From a bacterium (GTDB lineage Bacteria > Desulfobacterota > Desulfocorpusculales > Desulfocorpusculum), in NCBI GenBank assembly GCA_037481695.1, contig JBBFLE010000020.1, forward strand, positions 1,721-65,720: a stretch of DNA of 64,000 nucleotides, read 5' to 3'. The translations under genes were made by a program, and so were the position numbers. Shown here piece after piece: positions 19,065 through 28,824 of the stretch (the stretch's first letter is position 1; every line of letters begins with the position of its first letter). The notes beneath the pieces were generated by a model. The model searched no databases and had not been told where the DNA came from. It worked only from the letters and a program-made list of their open reading frames with translations.

Positions 19065-20444
19065 TCAGCCATAGGTTTCCCCCCTCATCCTTATCCCCAG
19101 CTCCTTGAGCTTCTTGTGTAGATGACTTCTTTCCAAACCCACGGCTTCTGCAGTGCGGGATACATTCCCACCATATTCTCTGAGCTTTTCCTCCAGAAAA
19201 GCTTTTTCAAAAGCCTCTCGGGCCTCTCTGAGGCTCTGCGGTGCTCTGGTTCCAGGCTTTGGGACCTGGGGTCCAGCCCATATGGGTGGTGTCAGATCTG
19301 CGATCTCCACCACCTGGGAACGGGCCAAAATCAACAACCTCTCTACCACGTTTTTCAGCTCTCTTACGTTTCCAGGCCAGCTATATTTCTGAAAAGCCTC
19401 CATCACCCCATGGGAGAACTGCCTCCTGGGATATCCTCTGCCCTTGCAGAACTCCTCCACAAACTCATCCACCAACAGAGGGATGTCCTCCAATCTGTCC
19501 CTGAGAGGAGGCACCTCCACCGGAATTACGTTGAGTCTGTGGTATAGATCCTCCCGGAACCTGCCAGCCCTGATCTCTTCTTCCAGGTCTTTGTTGGTGG
19601 CAGCCACTACCCTAACGTCTACCTGTATGAAGCGGCTTCCCCCTACCCTTTGAAATCTCTGCTCCTGGAGAATCCTCAGAATCTTGGCCTGGGTACTCAG
19701 GCTCATGTCACCGATCTCATCCAAAAAGAGAGTCCCCCCGTGAGCCAGATCAAACTTGCCCCTGCGCATCTGAGTGGCCCCTGTGAAGGCTCCCCGCTCG
19801 TGGCCGAAAAGTTCGCTCTCGATCAGTTCTTCTGGAATGGCAGCACAGTTGACCTCCACAAAGGGCCCCTGAGATCTCTTGCTGTGCCTGTATATGGCGC
19901 GAGCCACCACCTCCTTGCCTGTACCGTTCTCCCCATGTATGAGCACAAAACTGGAGGTAGGGGCTATGATCCTGATCTGCTCCCTAAGTCTCTGGATTGG
20001 GAGACTTATCCCCGTCACTTCCTCCCTGGGACTTACCTGCTGGCGAAGCCAACGGTTCTCCTGCTCCAGGGAGGAATATCTGAGGGCGTTTCTCACCACC
20101 AGAAGTATCTTTTCAAGGGAAAGGGGCTTTTCGATGAAATCATAGGCCCCCAGTTTGGTTGCTCTAACTGCCAGATCTATGGAGCCGTGTCCAGAGATCA
20201 TCACTACGGGCAAGATGGGCCAGCCCCTTCTCATCTCTTCCAAGACAGCCATGCCATCTTTGTCAGGCAGCCAGATATCCAGCAAAACGCAATCGGGAGT
20301 TTCCTCTTCCAGGATGGACAGGGCCCTCTGAGCGTCCTGGGCCAGCAGCACCCGATATCCCTCATCTTCCAGAATACCTTGTAGAGACTTGCGAATGCTC
20401 TCTTCGTCGTCCACCACGAGTATGGTTGCCTGATCGGGTTTCAT
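19065..20444 (-). CDS. Sigma-54-dependent Fis-family response regulator (NtrX/NtrC-like)
   Basis: REC (ILVVDDEE...LLDIWLPDKDG), Walker A GENGTGKE, GAFTGA (ERGAFTGA), C-terminal HTH. Start set to ATG 20444 (MKPDQATILVVDDE). Confidence 0.9.
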   Translation of the reverse strand: MKPDQATILVVDDEESIRKSLQGILEDEGYRVLLAQDAQRALSILEEETPDCVLLDIWLPDKDGMAVLEEMRRGWPILPVVMISGHGSIDLAVRATKLGAYDFIEKPLSLEKILLVVRNALRYSSLEQENRWLRQQVSPREEVTGISLPIQRLREQIRIIAPTSSFVLIHGENGTGKEVVARAIYRHSKRSQGPFVEVNCAAIPEELIESELFGHERGAFTGATQMRRGKFDLAHGGTLFLDEIGDMSLSTQAKILRILQEQRFQRVGGSRFIQVDVRVVAATNKDLEEEIRAGRFREDLYHRLNVIPVEVPPLRDRLEDIPLLVDEFVEEFCKGRGYPRRQFSHGVMEAFQKYSWPGNVRELKNVVERLLILARSQVVEIADLTPPIWAGPQVPKPGTRAPQSLREAREAFEKAFLEEKLREYGGNVSRTAEAVGLERSHLHKKLKELGIRMRGETYG

Positions 20445-20478
20445 GATGCTTTTCCCTCTTGCTCCCACTCCCCCGGGC

Positions 20479-22737
20479 TCAAAGGGGCAGCTCTATCACG
20501 AAACGAGTTCCCTTGGGTTTATTGTCCACCACCCTTATGTATCCTCCGTGCTCTGCAACAACGGACCTGACTATGGTAAGCCCCAAGCCCATGCCTCCTT
20601 CTTTGGTTGAAAAATAGGGCTCGAAAAGCCTGGCCTTATGGGAGGCAGGAATTCCTGGGCCATTGTCCGCCACCTCCATTCTTATCACTCGGAGCCCCCT
20701 GTTAAAAGCAGTGCGAACTTGGATTCTTCCCCCCTGAGGGGACAGCACTGCCAAGGCATTGTTAAAAAGATTGATGAGCACTCTTTGCATCTGTTCCTTG
20801 TCCAAGGACAGCTGAGGAAGATCCTCCCCCAGATCTAAGTCCAGGCTCACTTGGGGATGACTCTCTCTATAAAGCCCTGCCACCTCCACCACAATCTGAT
20901 TAAGGTCCTGGGGAGTTCTCTGGAGCTCGGGCATTCGGGCAAAGCGCTGAAACTCATTGACCATCTCGTGGAGATGATCCACCTGCTGTATTATGGTAAG
21001 GGTGCACTCATCCAGAATTCCACCCTCCCGCTCCAACAACTCAGGGTATCTCCTTCTGATCCTCTGGGCTGAGAGTTTTATGGGCGTGAGTGGATTCTTG
21101 ATCTCGTGGGCCATGCGGCGGGCCACCTCTTTCCAGGCCAGCACCTTTTGGACCTTCATCACGTCTGTGAGATCGTCGAAAACCACCACACTTCCCAATG
21201 GGAGCTGGTTCTCATCTTTCAAGCCGCTTACCAGTATGCGGAAAGGAACCAGCCCCTCTGCCAAAGGAAGGTGGATCTCACTGTGCACCTCTTCTGCACG
21301 GCCTTTGATCATCTCTTCCATGAGTGAGCGCACCACGCCCGCAGCCTCTGGTATTAGAGCTTCCTCTAAAGGCCAGCCCAAGGCCTCTTGGAAAGATTTT
21401 GTCATGACCCTTTGAGCCGACCTGTTGGCCATTACTATCTTGTTTTGTTCATCCAGGGATATCACGCCGGAGCCTATGTTTCCCAGAATGATCTCCATGT
21501 ATCTGCGCCTTTGCTCTGCTTCCCAGCTGGCTCTTTGCAGTTGCCTGCTTGAGGCTTCCAAAGCCTCGTGACTCTCCCTGAGCCTCTGTGCCATCTGGTT
21601 GAAGGAGTCCACTAGCAGCCCGACCTCGTCTTTTGAGACTTCCTCCAGACGGAAATCCAGGCGTCCCTGGGCAACTTCCCTGGTCTTGTCGGCTAGAGCC
21701 TGGAGGGGGACTGTTATCTGTTTGGACAGATAAAACCCAAACCATGTAGACAAGAAAACAATGACCAGAAGTACCACGCTCAAAAGAACGTAATAATTCA
21801 GTTCTATCAAACTCTTTCGGCCAGCCAGCTCCCTATATTGCTCATACGTCTGGGAGATTATCTCCACCTTCTCTCCCACATGGTAAGGAATCAGAAAGCC
21901 TGCTATCACTGCTCCGTTGACATCCTTGGGGTCATATCCCGAGTACAGAGGCACTATTGCCTCCACCAGCTCACCTAGGTCCGAACGCCTGGTCCCCACC
22001 CATTCCTCTCCCCGCATTATCTTTGCCTTGGGAAACTTGGCCCTGGGAGAGACACGAGTGGATTCTGAGGTCAGATTGGCAGAGGAAACGTATCCCAGAA
22101 CCTCTTGGTCCTTGCTGTACACAGCCAGGAGATCTAGTTGAAACTCCCTTCTCTTTTCCTCCAGATGAGGTTTGAGAAAATGGGATTGGGAAAGCAACTC
22201 CCCCCTGCCCGTCAGAGAGCGGGACACGCTTCTGGCTGATCCCAAGGTTTGAGCGAACTTTTCCCTGCGCAGGGTCTCTGAAATCTCCTTGGACATTCCC
22301 AAGGACTGTTCTATCTGGTAGTTCAGCCATAAATCGGTGCTCTTGCCAATGTATGAGACAGCCACTGCAAAGAGCACCACTGCGGGAATAACGGAAAATC
22401 CCACAAAGGCCACCACGAACTTGGTCCTGAGCCTGGCACCAAAAATATTCCTTCGTCTTTCAAAGAGTAGTTTGACAAGGTTTCGAACCACCAGAAAAAG
22501 AAGCAAGAGGATGAGAATTATGTTTAGAAAGAGAAGACCGAATACCAGAATATTGCTGGCCAGGGACACCAGGGTGGAGGGACCGGAGAGGTACACCGTG
22601 AGGGCAGTGCTTCCTATGAGCAACAGCCCCACCATTATCATGATATAGCGTTCCCGCCTGCGTCTTCTTTGCTCTGCCAGATCAACAGACCATTGAGTTG
22701 AAAGGTCCATGGACGTGTGAGGAATCCCCCTGTGCAA
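20479..22737 (-). CDS. Sensor histidine kinase, NtrY-like (TM-HAMP-PAS-HisKA-HATPase)
   Basis: 752 aa. N-terminal TM helices, HAMP, PAS, H-box AHEIKNPLTPIKLSAQR, HATPase DNGPGI and GMGLGL. The true start may be the internal Met at 22710. Confidence 0.85.
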   Translation of the reverse strand: MHRGIPHTSMDLSTQWSVDLAEQRRRRRERYIMIMVGLLLIGSTALTVYLSGPSTLVSLASNILVFGLLFLNIILILLLLFLVVRNLVKLLFERRRNIFGARLRTKFVVAFVGFSVIPAVVLFAVAVSYIGKSTDLWLNYQIEQSLGMSKEISETLRREKFAQTLGSARSVSRSLTGRGELLSQSHFLKPHLEEKRREFQLDLLAVYSKDQEVLGYVSSANLTSESTRVSPRAKFPKAKIMRGEEWVGTRRSDLGELVEAIVPLYSGYDPKDVNGAVIAGFLIPYHVGEKVEIISQTYEQYRELAGRKSLIELNYYVLLSVVLLVIVFLSTWFGFYLSKQITVPLQALADKTREVAQGRLDFRLEEVSKDEVGLLVDSFNQMAQRLRESHEALEASSRQLQRASWEAEQRRRYMEIILGNIGSGVISLDEQNKIVMANRSAQRVMTKSFQEALGWPLEEALIPEAAGVVRSLMEEMIKGRAEEVHSEIHLPLAEGLVPFRILVSGLKDENQLPLGSVVVFDDLTDVMKVQKVLAWKEVARRMAHEIKNPLTPIKLSAQRIRRRYPELLEREGGILDECTLTIIQQVDHLHEMVNEFQRFARMPELQRTPQDLNQIVVEVAGLYRESHPQVSLDLDLGEDLPQLSLDKEQMQRVLINLFNNALAVLSPQGGRIQVRTAFNRGLRVIRMEVADNGPGIPASHKARLFEPYFSTKEGGMGLGLTIVRSVVAEHGGYIRVVDNKPKGTRFVIELPL

Positions 22738-23036
22738 ATCACTGGCAGGATCTCATGGTTCGAAAGGCCTGATTCCTTGTACTTAGATCATTCTAGGCCA
22801 GGCTTTCCAAGCATTGCAAGGGTGCCCCCCAACAGCCACTCCTACCTCTTCCTTTCTGGAGAAGGTCTCAAGAAGCCTGACTCCATAATCATCCAGGCTG
22901 GATGTGATTAATCCGGGAAAAAGCCTGTTTTGGAAAGCCTAAAGAGCCACCTTCCAATTACCTGGACTTAACCTCATGTTGGGTTCAATTCTTGAATCAC
23001 GCAAAGACCGAAATGGGATAAGAGCTTTGCAGGAGC

Positions 23037-23972
23037 TCAGGCCGTGGCAGGAACTCTTTCCCAGGGTTCTGCCTGGGTGGAAGGATGGGGATAAACAGCT
23101 TCGGCATGCTCCAATCTGGAAGCGGAGAGGATCTTCCAGCCCCTAGGGCTATCCATCAGCTTCTTGAGGAGTCTGTGATTCAAGGAGTGCCCCGCCTTAT
23201 GTGCTACGAAATGTGCCAGTAGCCTGCAACCTGTTAAGGAGAGGTCTCCTACGGAATCCAATACCTTGTGTCTTACGAACTCGTCTTGGTAGCGGAGTCC
23301 CTCTGAATTCACCACCTTTGTGTCGTCCAGGACCAAGGCATTTTCCAATGATCCTCCAAGGGCATAACCCTGGGCTTTCATTGCCTCCACGTCTCGGAGA
23401 AATCCGAAGGTTCGGGCCCCGCTGATCTCCCTGTCATAGTCCTGCTCAGAGAGGCGAAACTTCAAGAACTGGCTTCCTATGGCCGGGTGATCGAACTCTA
23501 TCCCAAATGAAATCATGAAATCAGGACATGGCAGGAGGCTGACCCACCTGTCTCCATCGCACACGCTAAAGGGGCTCTGAATCACCAGATATCTACGAGG
23601 CCTTGGTTGCACCGCAATCCCTGCAGACCTTATCAACCGCACGAAAGGAGCGGCACTTCCATCCAATATGGGTATCTCGGGCCCCTCAACCTCCACCAGG
23701 GCATTGTCAACCCCTGTGCCGAACAGGGCGGACATTAAATGCTCCACCGTAGAGACCACGGTCCCCTCTTTGCCCAGAGTGGTTGCCAGAGTGGTGTCTA
23801 CAACAAATTCCAACCTAGCCGGTATTCGGGTCCCGCGAGGAAGATCCGAGCGCACAAAAACAATCCCGTGGTCCGCTGGAGCTGGTTGAATGCTCATGCG
23901 GATTTTCTTCCCGGTGTGGAGCCCAAGGCCCTCCAGGGCTATGGTTCTCTTGACAGTGCGCTGCAGGTGCAT
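23037..23972 (-). CDS. lpxC: UDP-3-O-acyl-N-acetylglucosamine deacetylase LpxC
   Basis: Motifs GLGLHTGKK, FGFLRDVEAMKAQGYALGGSLENALV, HKVLDSVGDLSL. Start refined to ATG 23972 (RBS AGAGGGGGA); the longer track ORF has no support. Confidence 0.9.
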   Translation of the reverse strand: MHLQRTVKRTIALEGLGLHTGKKIRMSIQPAPADHGIVFVRSDLPRGTRIPARLEFVVDTTLATTLGKEGTVVSTVEHLMSALFGTGVDNALVEVEGPEIPILDGSAAPFVRLIRSAGIAVQPRPRRYLVIQSPFSVCDGDRWVSLLPCPDFMISFGIEFDHPAIGSQFLKFRLSEQDYDREISGARTFGFLRDVEAMKAQGYALGGSLENALVLDDTKVVNSEGLRYQDEFVRHKVLDSVGDLSLTGCRLLAHFVAHKAGHSLNHRLLKKLMDSPRGWKILSASRLEHAEAVYPHPSTQAEPWERVPATA

Positions 23973-24209
23973 TTGTTTTCCCCCTCTTGGAACCACTGGA
24001 GCCGCATCATGCTGTGCCCACAAGAATTCGCTCTTTTCCTTTATGAAATACATGTGCCACTGAGCAGATACATCTGGGGGAAAGGGGGGGCCATGGCGAA
24101 ACATCTTAGGATCCTTCAAGAAGCTGGGCCCTGGGCACAGGATTCAAGAGCTCTTGGGATGGAGCACAGGACAAAGCAGTGTTGCGTAAAACACACAGTG
24201 GTGTGGCGT

Positions 24210-24758
24210 CTATCGCACACTTATCTTCTTGCGGCCCGCGTAACGTTCAGCCTCGCTGTATATGCAGCCACAGTATTTTTGCCGGTATATGCCTAGTTCC
24301 AAGGAGGCTCGGGTGGCCTCCTTCCACCCAACTCTGAAATCACGATAAAAGAACCCCACGGAGCCCCCCTTGGATTGTGCCTCTCCCACCTGGCGAACCA
24401 CCTCGTGAGCCTGGCGTTTGCTGAAGAGCAAAGTAGTGCTGAATGCTTCGAAACGTCCCCTTCTGGCCACCTTTGCAGTGGTCTCCAGGCGCCACTGGTA
24501 ACACAAGAAGCACCTGTGAGCCTCTCTGAAAACCACTCTGCGGAAGAACTCCTCCAAAGGGTACCGGTCCCAGAAGATGACCTGGAAATCCATGTGCCGT
24601 GAGAGAGTCTCAAGGGCTTGGCCACGGCGCTGGTGTTCCTCATAAGGCTGTATATTCGGGTTAAAGAAGAGTCCTGTCACTTCATGTCCCTCTTCCCTGA
24701 GGGTCCTGACCGGGTATATTGCACAGTTGGCGCAACAGATGTGCAGGAGAATTCTCAT
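24210..24758 (-). CDS. queH: Epoxyqueuosine reductase QueH (DUF208)
   Basis: 182 aa. N-terminus [16 protein letters not shown] and downstream Cys residues typical of QueH. Its ATG overlaps the ruvB stop (ATGA at 24755-24758). Confidence 0.85.
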   Translation of the reverse strand: MRILLHICCANCAIYPVRTLREEGHEVTGLFFNPNIQPYEEHQRRGQALETLSRHMDFQVIFWDRYPLEEFFRRVVFREAHRCFLCYQWRLETTAKVARRGRFEAFSTTLLFSKRQAHEVVRQVGEAQSKGGSVGFFYRDFRVGWKEATRASLELGIYRQKYCGCIYSEAERYAGRKKISVR

Positions 24759-25801
24759 GGCTCCTCGAATCCTAGTGAGGCTTGTCTGCCACGGGGCAAA
24801 GGCACGCCCAGATGTTCATAGGCCAGCCGAGTGGCCATGCGTCCCCTGGGGGTGCGTTTCAGAAAACCGCTTTGCAACAGGAAAGGTTCGTAGACCTCCT
24901 CCAGTGTATCCCGCTCCTCGCTCAGCACCGCGCAAAGCGTTTCTATCCCCACGGGACCTCCCTCGAACTTCTCTATCACCGCCTTCAAGATGGCCTTATC
25001 CATTTCATCCAGACCCCTGGAATCCACGCCCAGTCTTTCCAGGGCCCCTGCTGCAATGCTATTGCTTATTACTCCATCGCCTTCCACCTGGGCAAAGTCC
25101 CGCACTCTTCTCAGGAGTCGATTTGCAACTCTGGGGGTCCCCCTTGAGCGTCTGGCTATCTCCCTGGCCCCATCGGGCTCGATCTTTATTCCCATTATGC
25201 TTACCGATCTTTGGACTATATCCAGAAGTTCATCCTCTGTGTAGTATTGGAGCCTGGCCGAGATCCCAAAGCGGTCCCTAAGAGGTGAGGTCAGAAGCCC
25301 TGTCCTGGTGGTGGCCCCCACCAGAGTGAATCTGGGAAGCTCCAGCTTCAAGGTTCTTGCGCTGGGTCCTTGCCCTATTACTAGGTCAAGATGGAAGTCT
25401 TCCATGGCTGGATAAAGGGTTTCCTCCACCACTGGGCCCAGCCTATGAATTTCGTCTATGAACAGCACATCCCTGTCTTCCAAATTCGTTAGTATTGCCG
25501 CCAAATCCCCTGCCCTCTCCAACGAAGGACCCGATGTTACCCTGATATGGACCCCCATTTCCTCGGCTATTATGTGAGCCAGGGTAGTCTTGCCTAATCC
25601 AGGCGGCCCATAAAAAAGGCAGTGATCCAGGGCTTCGCCCCTTTGCCGTGCAGCCTCTATGAAAATTCTGAGGTTTTCCTTGAGCTGGCTCTGGCCCACG
25701 TAATCTGCAAGCCTTTTGGGCCTGAGGGACATCTCCAGCCCCTGCTCGCCTGGCTCTGGGAGGGGAGAAACGGTCCTTTTCTTGGAGTTTGCTTGACTCA
25801 T
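24755..25801 (-). CDS. ruvB: Holliday junction branch migration ATPase RuvB
   Basis: 348 aa. Walker [12 protein letters not shown], Walker B LFIDEIHR, typical RuvB C-terminal winged helix. Confidence 0.95.
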   Translation of the reverse strand: MSQANSKKRTVSPLPEPGEQGLEMSLRPKRLADYVGQSQLKENLRIFIEAARQRGEALDHCLFYGPPGLGKTTLAHIIAEEMGVHIRVTSGPSLERAGDLAAILTNLEDRDVLFIDEIHRLGPVVEETLYPAMEDFHLDLVIGQGPSARTLKLELPRFTLVGATTRTGLLTSPLRDRFGISARLQYYTEDELLDIVQRSVSIMGIKIEPDGAREIARRSRGTPRVANRLLRRVRDFAQVEGDGVISNSIAAGALERLGVDSRGLDEMDKAILKAVIEKFEGGPVGIETLCAVLSEERDTLEEVYEPFLLQSGFLKRTPRGRMATRLAYEHLGVPLPRGRQASLGFEEP

Positions 25802-25813
25802 TAAGAAATCCTC

Positions 25814-26425
25814 TTAAGGGGACAAGAGCCTGAGGGCCTCCCGCACCCAACTCTGGACCGTGGGCGTGCCTTGAAGACCCTGACGGGCTTCTGTTGCAGC
25901 TCTCTTAGCCTCCAGGGGCCTATAGCCCAGGTTGGTCAGCACCGAGACCACGTCTCCGAACAAGTCCTCAACCTCCACAGACAGATGGTGCCCGTCCCAG
26001 GCCGGCTGTTGGGCAGCCTGAAAAGCGTCCACCTTGCCTTTTAGCTCCATGACGATTCTTTGTGCCATCTTCTTGCCCACTCCCGGGATGCTGTGGAGTC
26101 TTTCGCTCTGCCCCCTTGTCACTGCATTTGCCAGCTCTCCAGGACGGATTCCCGAAAGAATCGTACGGGCCAGTCTGGGCCCGATTCCGCTGATTCCCAG
26201 CAGGGATAAGAAGGCTTGTTTTTCTTCTGGTTCCACAAAGCCGTAAAGCTGGATGGCATCCTCCCGAACCACCATGTGAGCCAGCAACTCAACGGTCTGG
26301 CCTTTGGCAGGCAACCTAGCCAGTGTCTCGTTGCTCACAAACAACCTGTAGCCTACCCCACCCACATCCAGAATTACCGCGTCTGTTTCTTTTTCCACAA
26401 GGATTCCGCGCAGCCAACCGATCAT
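25814..26425 (-). CDS. ruvA: Holliday junction DNA helicase subunit RuvA
   Basis: Start refined to MIGWLRGILVEKE. HhH motifs LLGISGIGPRLA and IPGVGKKMAQRIV. Abuts the ruvC stop. Confidence 0.9.
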   Translation of the reverse strand: MIGWLRGILVEKETDAVILDVGGVGYRLFVSNETLARLPAKGQTVELLAHMVVREDAIQLYGFVEPEEKQAFLSLLGISGIGPRLARTILSGIRPGELANAVTRGQSERLHSIPGVGKKMAQRIVMELKGKVDAFQAAQQPAWDGHHLSVEVEDLFGDVVSVLTNLGYRPLEAKRAATEARQGLQGTPTVQSWVREALRLLSP

Positions 26426-26426
26426 C

Positions 26427-26933
26427 TCAGATGGGCCCCCGCACAAATCCATCAAAAGAGTGAGCATGACACACCGCTACTGCCAAAGCATCTGAAGCGT
26501 CCATGGGCGGGAGTGACTTTAATTTCAAAATGGAACGAACCATGTAGCGCACCTGCGTCTTCTCCGCAGCCCCGAACCCCGTGAGAGCCTGCTTCACCGA
26601 AAGAGGAGTGTATTCCTCCACGGATATCCCTGCATGGATCCCCGCTAGAAGAATCACTCCGCGGGCATGGCCGAGGACCAATGAGCTGCGGGCATTTCTA
26701 GAGTGGAACAGGGACTCCACAGCCATGACCTCTGGCCTGTACCGTTGCAATAGTCGCACGAACTCATCGTAGAGCTTCCCTAAACGTTGAGGCAGACTGA
26801 GGCCTGCGGCTCCTGCGTTGATGACTCCGTGAGCCAAATGCTGAAGTCTAGGTCCCTGCGCCTCTATGAGCCCATAGCCAGCCCGCCAGGAACCTGGATC
26901 CACACCTAGAATCACTTTGGGAGATGAAGCCAT
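26427..26933 (-). CDS. ruvC: Crossover junction endodeoxyribonuclease RuvC
   Basis: 168 aa. ILGVDPGS catalytic region and C-terminal DASDALAVAVCH. Confidence 0.9.
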   Translation of the reverse strand: MASSPKVILGVDPGSWRAGYGLIEAQGPRLQHLAHGVINAGAAGLSLPQRLGKLYDEFVRLLQRYRPEVMAVESLFHSRNARSSLVLGHARGVILLAGIHAGISVEEYTPLSVKQALTGFGAAEKTQVRYMVRSILKLKSLPPMDASDALAVAVCHAHSFDGFVRGPI

Positions 26934-27205
26934 TGCAAGGTTCTTTTAATGGAATCTTCCCGAAGCTGCCATCCTTTAGGTCATGGCCTGAGGCGCTTGG
27001 CCCTCAATGATTTGGAAAAGCGGACAATATTGGCTACAGCCCTGACATTACAGCCTTATATCAAAAAACTCTCGTTCCTTCATTTATGTCTAGAAATCAA
27101 CTAAAACAGCCCCCACTGAGCTCACCAGTTAGGTTTGGGGCCCTGGTACATGAATTGGACTCCGGGATTGCCAAATTCCCATTGCCTATGATAAAAAAAC
27201 CACAT

Positions 27206-27279
27206 GCGCCCGTAGCTCAGCTGGATAGAGCACAGCACTCCGGATGCTGGGGCCGAAGGTTCGAATCCTTTCGGGCGCA
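27206..27279 (+). tRNA. tRNA-Arg (anticodon CCG)
   Basis: Hand-folded cloverleaf. Acceptor GCGCCCG/CGGGCGC, D-arm GCTC-AGCTGGATA-GAGC, anticodon arm CAGCA-CTCCGGA-TGCTG (anticodon CCG), T-arm GAAGG-TTCGAAT-CCTTT, discriminator A. CCA is not encoded. Confidence 0.9.
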
Positions 27280-27290
27280 TATCCATTTGA

Positions 27291-28040
27291 TCATCCCGCC
27301 ATCCTCTCCATGATCTCTTTGGGAATATCGAAATTGGCGTAAGCGTTTTGCACATCATCATTGTCTTCTAGAGCCATCATAAGCCGAAGCATCTGCTCAG
27401 CTTCCTTTCCCTCCAGACGCAAAGTGTTCTTAGGCACCATGGTGAGTTCCGAGGAGATTATCTTCCAACCGCGATCTGTGACAGTCCTCTTTATGGATTC
27501 GAATTCTGCCGGCCGGGTGTGAATAGCCCAGGCCTCATCCTCCTCTTGGATATCTTCGGCCCCGGCATCCAAAACAGCCTCCATCAAGGCATCCTCTTCA
27601 CAGCCTCTCTTGTCTACCAGGATCAGGCCCTTCTTCTCAAACATCCAAGCCACGCTGCCGGCCTCTCCGGGCTTGCCGTTATGCTTGGTGAACAGGTGGC
27701 GTATCTCGCCCACTGCCCGATTCCGATTGTCAGTCATCACCTCCACCAAGACAGCCACCCCACCTGGTCCATAGCCCTCGTATAGAAACTCTTCATAGGC
27801 TGTTCCAGCCAATTCGCCTGTACCTTTCTTTATGGCCCGCTCTATGTTCTCCTTGGGCATGTTCACCGACTTGGCCTTGTCCACAGCCAGTCTCAATCTT
27901 GCATTTCCGTCGGGATCTCCCCCTCCCAGGCGAGCAGCAACCATGATCTCCTTTATTATCTTGGTGAAAATCTTGCCCCGTTTGGCGTCCACCGCAGCCT
28001 TCTTGTGCTTTATGCTGGCCCATTTGGAGTGTCCGGACAT
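27291..28040 (-). CDS. yebC: YebC/PmpR-family DNA-binding transcriptional regulator
   Basis: 249 aa. Hallmark N-terminus [27 protein letters not shown]. Confidence 0.95.
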   Translation of the reverse strand: MSGHSKWASIKHKKAAVDAKRGKIFTKIIKEIMVAARLGGGDPDGNARLRLAVDKAKSVNMPKENIERAIKKGTGELAGTAYEEFLYEGYGPGGVAVLVEVMTDNRNRAVGEIRHLFTKHNGKPGEAGSVAWMFEKKGLILVDKRGCEEDALMEAVLDAGAEDIQEEDEAWAIHTRPAEFESIKRTVTDRGWKIISSELTMVPKNTLRLEGKEAEQMLRLMMALEDNDDVQNAYANFDIPKEIMERMAG

Positions 28041-28218
28041 TTCCGTTTCCCCCTCCCTCCCCGATTCAGGGGAGCAAATCTTCTAAGAATTTCAAAAAAC
28101 AAATCCACTTCAGATGCTCTGAGATTTGAGCCCCTGGCCCACCGCATGACTCCAGAGTCACTCGATCCCAATTTAGCAGGCCCAGGCTTGTCCCAGGCCA
28201 TGAAGCAGCCCCCTCACA

Positions 28219-28629
28219 TCAACCGTGAGCAGATTTATACGTTTCTGTAAGGCCACCAGTTACGAGAACTGCAAGGCTCCAGCTAAGCCCCATACCCCAA
28301 GCCCACCAGGCCTTCTCCCATATCGAGATGGCTGATTTGCCTCCCTTTACAAAGTAGCTCTTGCCGGCAGCGCCTGGCATATCCAAAAGTTTTTTGAGTT
28401 TAGCAAAAAACCTTGGCTCTTTTTGCCTCAGAAACCCTCTAAGAAAACAGTGCAGCCTTCCAAAAACTACCACAAAGCCCAGGTTTTGGAAAGACAGACT
28501 CTTCCTCGCCCCATGTCCCTTGACCAAGGGGGCTGCCACCGGAAAGAAAACCTTACCCTGGAATTGAGCCAATGATCTCCAAAAGCCAGATGACTTTTTT
28601 TCTCTTTTCTCGAGCGTTGCTAAACCCAT
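28219..28629 (-). CDS. Hypothetical basic, Trp-rich protein (weak call)
   Basis: 136-aa ORF in the same orientation as its neighbours, with a G-rich RBS-like tract 5 nt upstream. No recognisable motif; possible C-terminal hydrophobic helix. It could be non-coding. Confidence 0.3.
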   Translation of the reverse strand: MGLATLEKREKKSSGFWRSLAQFQGKVFFPVAAPLVKGHGARKSLSFQNLGFVVVFGRLHCFLRGFLRQKEPRFFAKLKKLLDMPGAAGKSYFVKGGKSAISIWEKAWWAWGMGLSWSLAVLVTGGLTETYKSAHG

Positions 28630-28824
28630 GAGGACCCCCTGGGCTCAGGCTCTTTTATCCTTGAAGAAAGCCTCTTGGGAGCAATGAAGGTTAATGGCAG
28701 TACACTGGGGGAAAAGTCTTTTCCTGGCACTGGATCGTACAGGCCGCTGGAAAGCCATTCAAAAAGTAAAGGCTTAGCCATGAAGTCAAAAATAGACTTC
28801 TCTGGGAGGGCTACCTAAGGAAGC

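Noticed and set aside
28707-28722. TGGCAC-containing sequences as further sigma-54 promoters (28707, 2787, 5431 antisense, 19000 antisense)
   Set aside because: None has GC at the required GG-N10-GC spacing, or they are on the wrong strand for any downstream gene.
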